Shown here: piece by piece, positions 49,010-49,815 of the stretch
Numbering within the stretch: the first letter of the stretch is position 1
How the letters are laid out: each line of letters begins with the position of its first letter
DNA from: Catajapyx aquilonaris
Taxonomy: Eukaryota
Length of the DNA: 49,815 bases
Direction: 5' to 3'
Assembly (NCBI GenBank): GCA_000934665.2
Contig: JYFJ02002857.1
Span: 1-49,815 of the forward strand
Translations under genes and position numbers: made by a program
The notes under the pieces: model-generated
What the model saw: the letters and a program-made list of their open reading frames with translations, nothing else
The model's database searches: none
Told to the model about the DNA's origin: nothing

Positions 49010-49320
49010 AACAGTGCAAATCGATGACTTGAAGGCTGTCAAGCACTGGTTCCATCACTTCATGTATCAAGTGATTGATGTTGTTGGTGGACAGATACAG
49101 CCACTCCAGAGAGTGCAGGTCAGCCAGGGCCGTTTTCTACCAGATTGATCATATTCTCATAGAGATTGAGTTCCCGCAGCTTGGCCAGTCCATCGAAGGC
49201 CCTGTCGTGCCGTACCGTGATCTTGTTATGGTTCAGATTCAGGGAGTTCAGCTCGTGGAGATTGTGAAGAGCCGAAGACAGAACGGCGCTCAACTTGTTC
49301 GAAGACAATGCTAAACACAT
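49010..49320 (-). pseudogene. Internally deleted duplicate of the LRR gene
   Basis: The 5' flank 49320-49480 matches 47875-48030. The ATG is joined directly to exon-3-like sequence, which is fused out of frame to exon-7-like sequence (GACCTGCACTCTCTGGAGTGG). It stops at 49120 and has no signal peptide or LRRCT. Confidence 0.8.
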
Positions 49321-49815
49321 GATCGCCACTGGAATAAGCTTACGAGGGCCAGAAGCCACAATTCCCAGAGGAGGATGTGATCAATTATACATCATTTTTT
49401 ATCAGAGGGCATATGGTTCTTATTCGCACAACACCGGATGTTAATATTAATACATCAAGCAGATAACTCTGCAAACGCCATAAGCATGGTGTGACATAAT
49501 TATTATTCGTAAGAACATTTACAAACCTTAGAAATTTAAGATTAAAATATTAAAATATTCACTCGATGATCTATAATCTCTCAGATTGTAAATAGCAAAA
49601 TAATCAATTAATCATTTATCACCTAAAATTTACGAAGACAATTATCCTATGTAATAGATGACATTAATGCGTAGTGTGTCTGACTTAATTACCAATTTAC
49701 TACTTTTGTAAGAAGTGACTATTACTTTCAACCCAGAACTAACTCTCCTGTCTATTTCCCCATCAATTCTACCATTACTCTCAAGGACACTACCCAGGTA
49801 TACAAACTGGCTGAC

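Noticed and set aside
1554..49359. Numerous short ORFs antisense or alternate-frame to IR, GR, OBP, oxidase and LRR exons
   Set aside because: Shadow ORFs of real coding sequence with no independent evidence.

Overview
This is eukaryotic (arthropod) genomic DNA with many ~50-200 nt introns, so the ORF track misses most genes. Manual splicing on both strands shows a dense chemosensory cluster from about 1.4 to 40.8 kb. It holds 13 intact and 1 truncated small secreted genes (six core coding exons) of one 8-cysteine odorant-binding-protein (OBP)-like family. Interleaved with them are 3 intronless divergent ionotropic receptors (one with a single in-frame TAG), 4 gustatory receptors (one with a mutated splice acceptor) and a signal-peptide-bearing flavin amine oxidase. 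Also present are a two-Ig, probably GPI-anchored Fasciclin-3-like gene, a duplicated pair of orphan, probably nuclear ORFs, an LRR cell-surface gene and its deleted pseudogene copy. Small mobile elements include a tRNA-SINE, hAT and Harbinger MITEs, a mini-Helitron and a LINE fragment. No odorant receptor was seen in the window. The species cannot be determined from sequence alone. All gene models are hand-derived and were not checked against RNA or databases.
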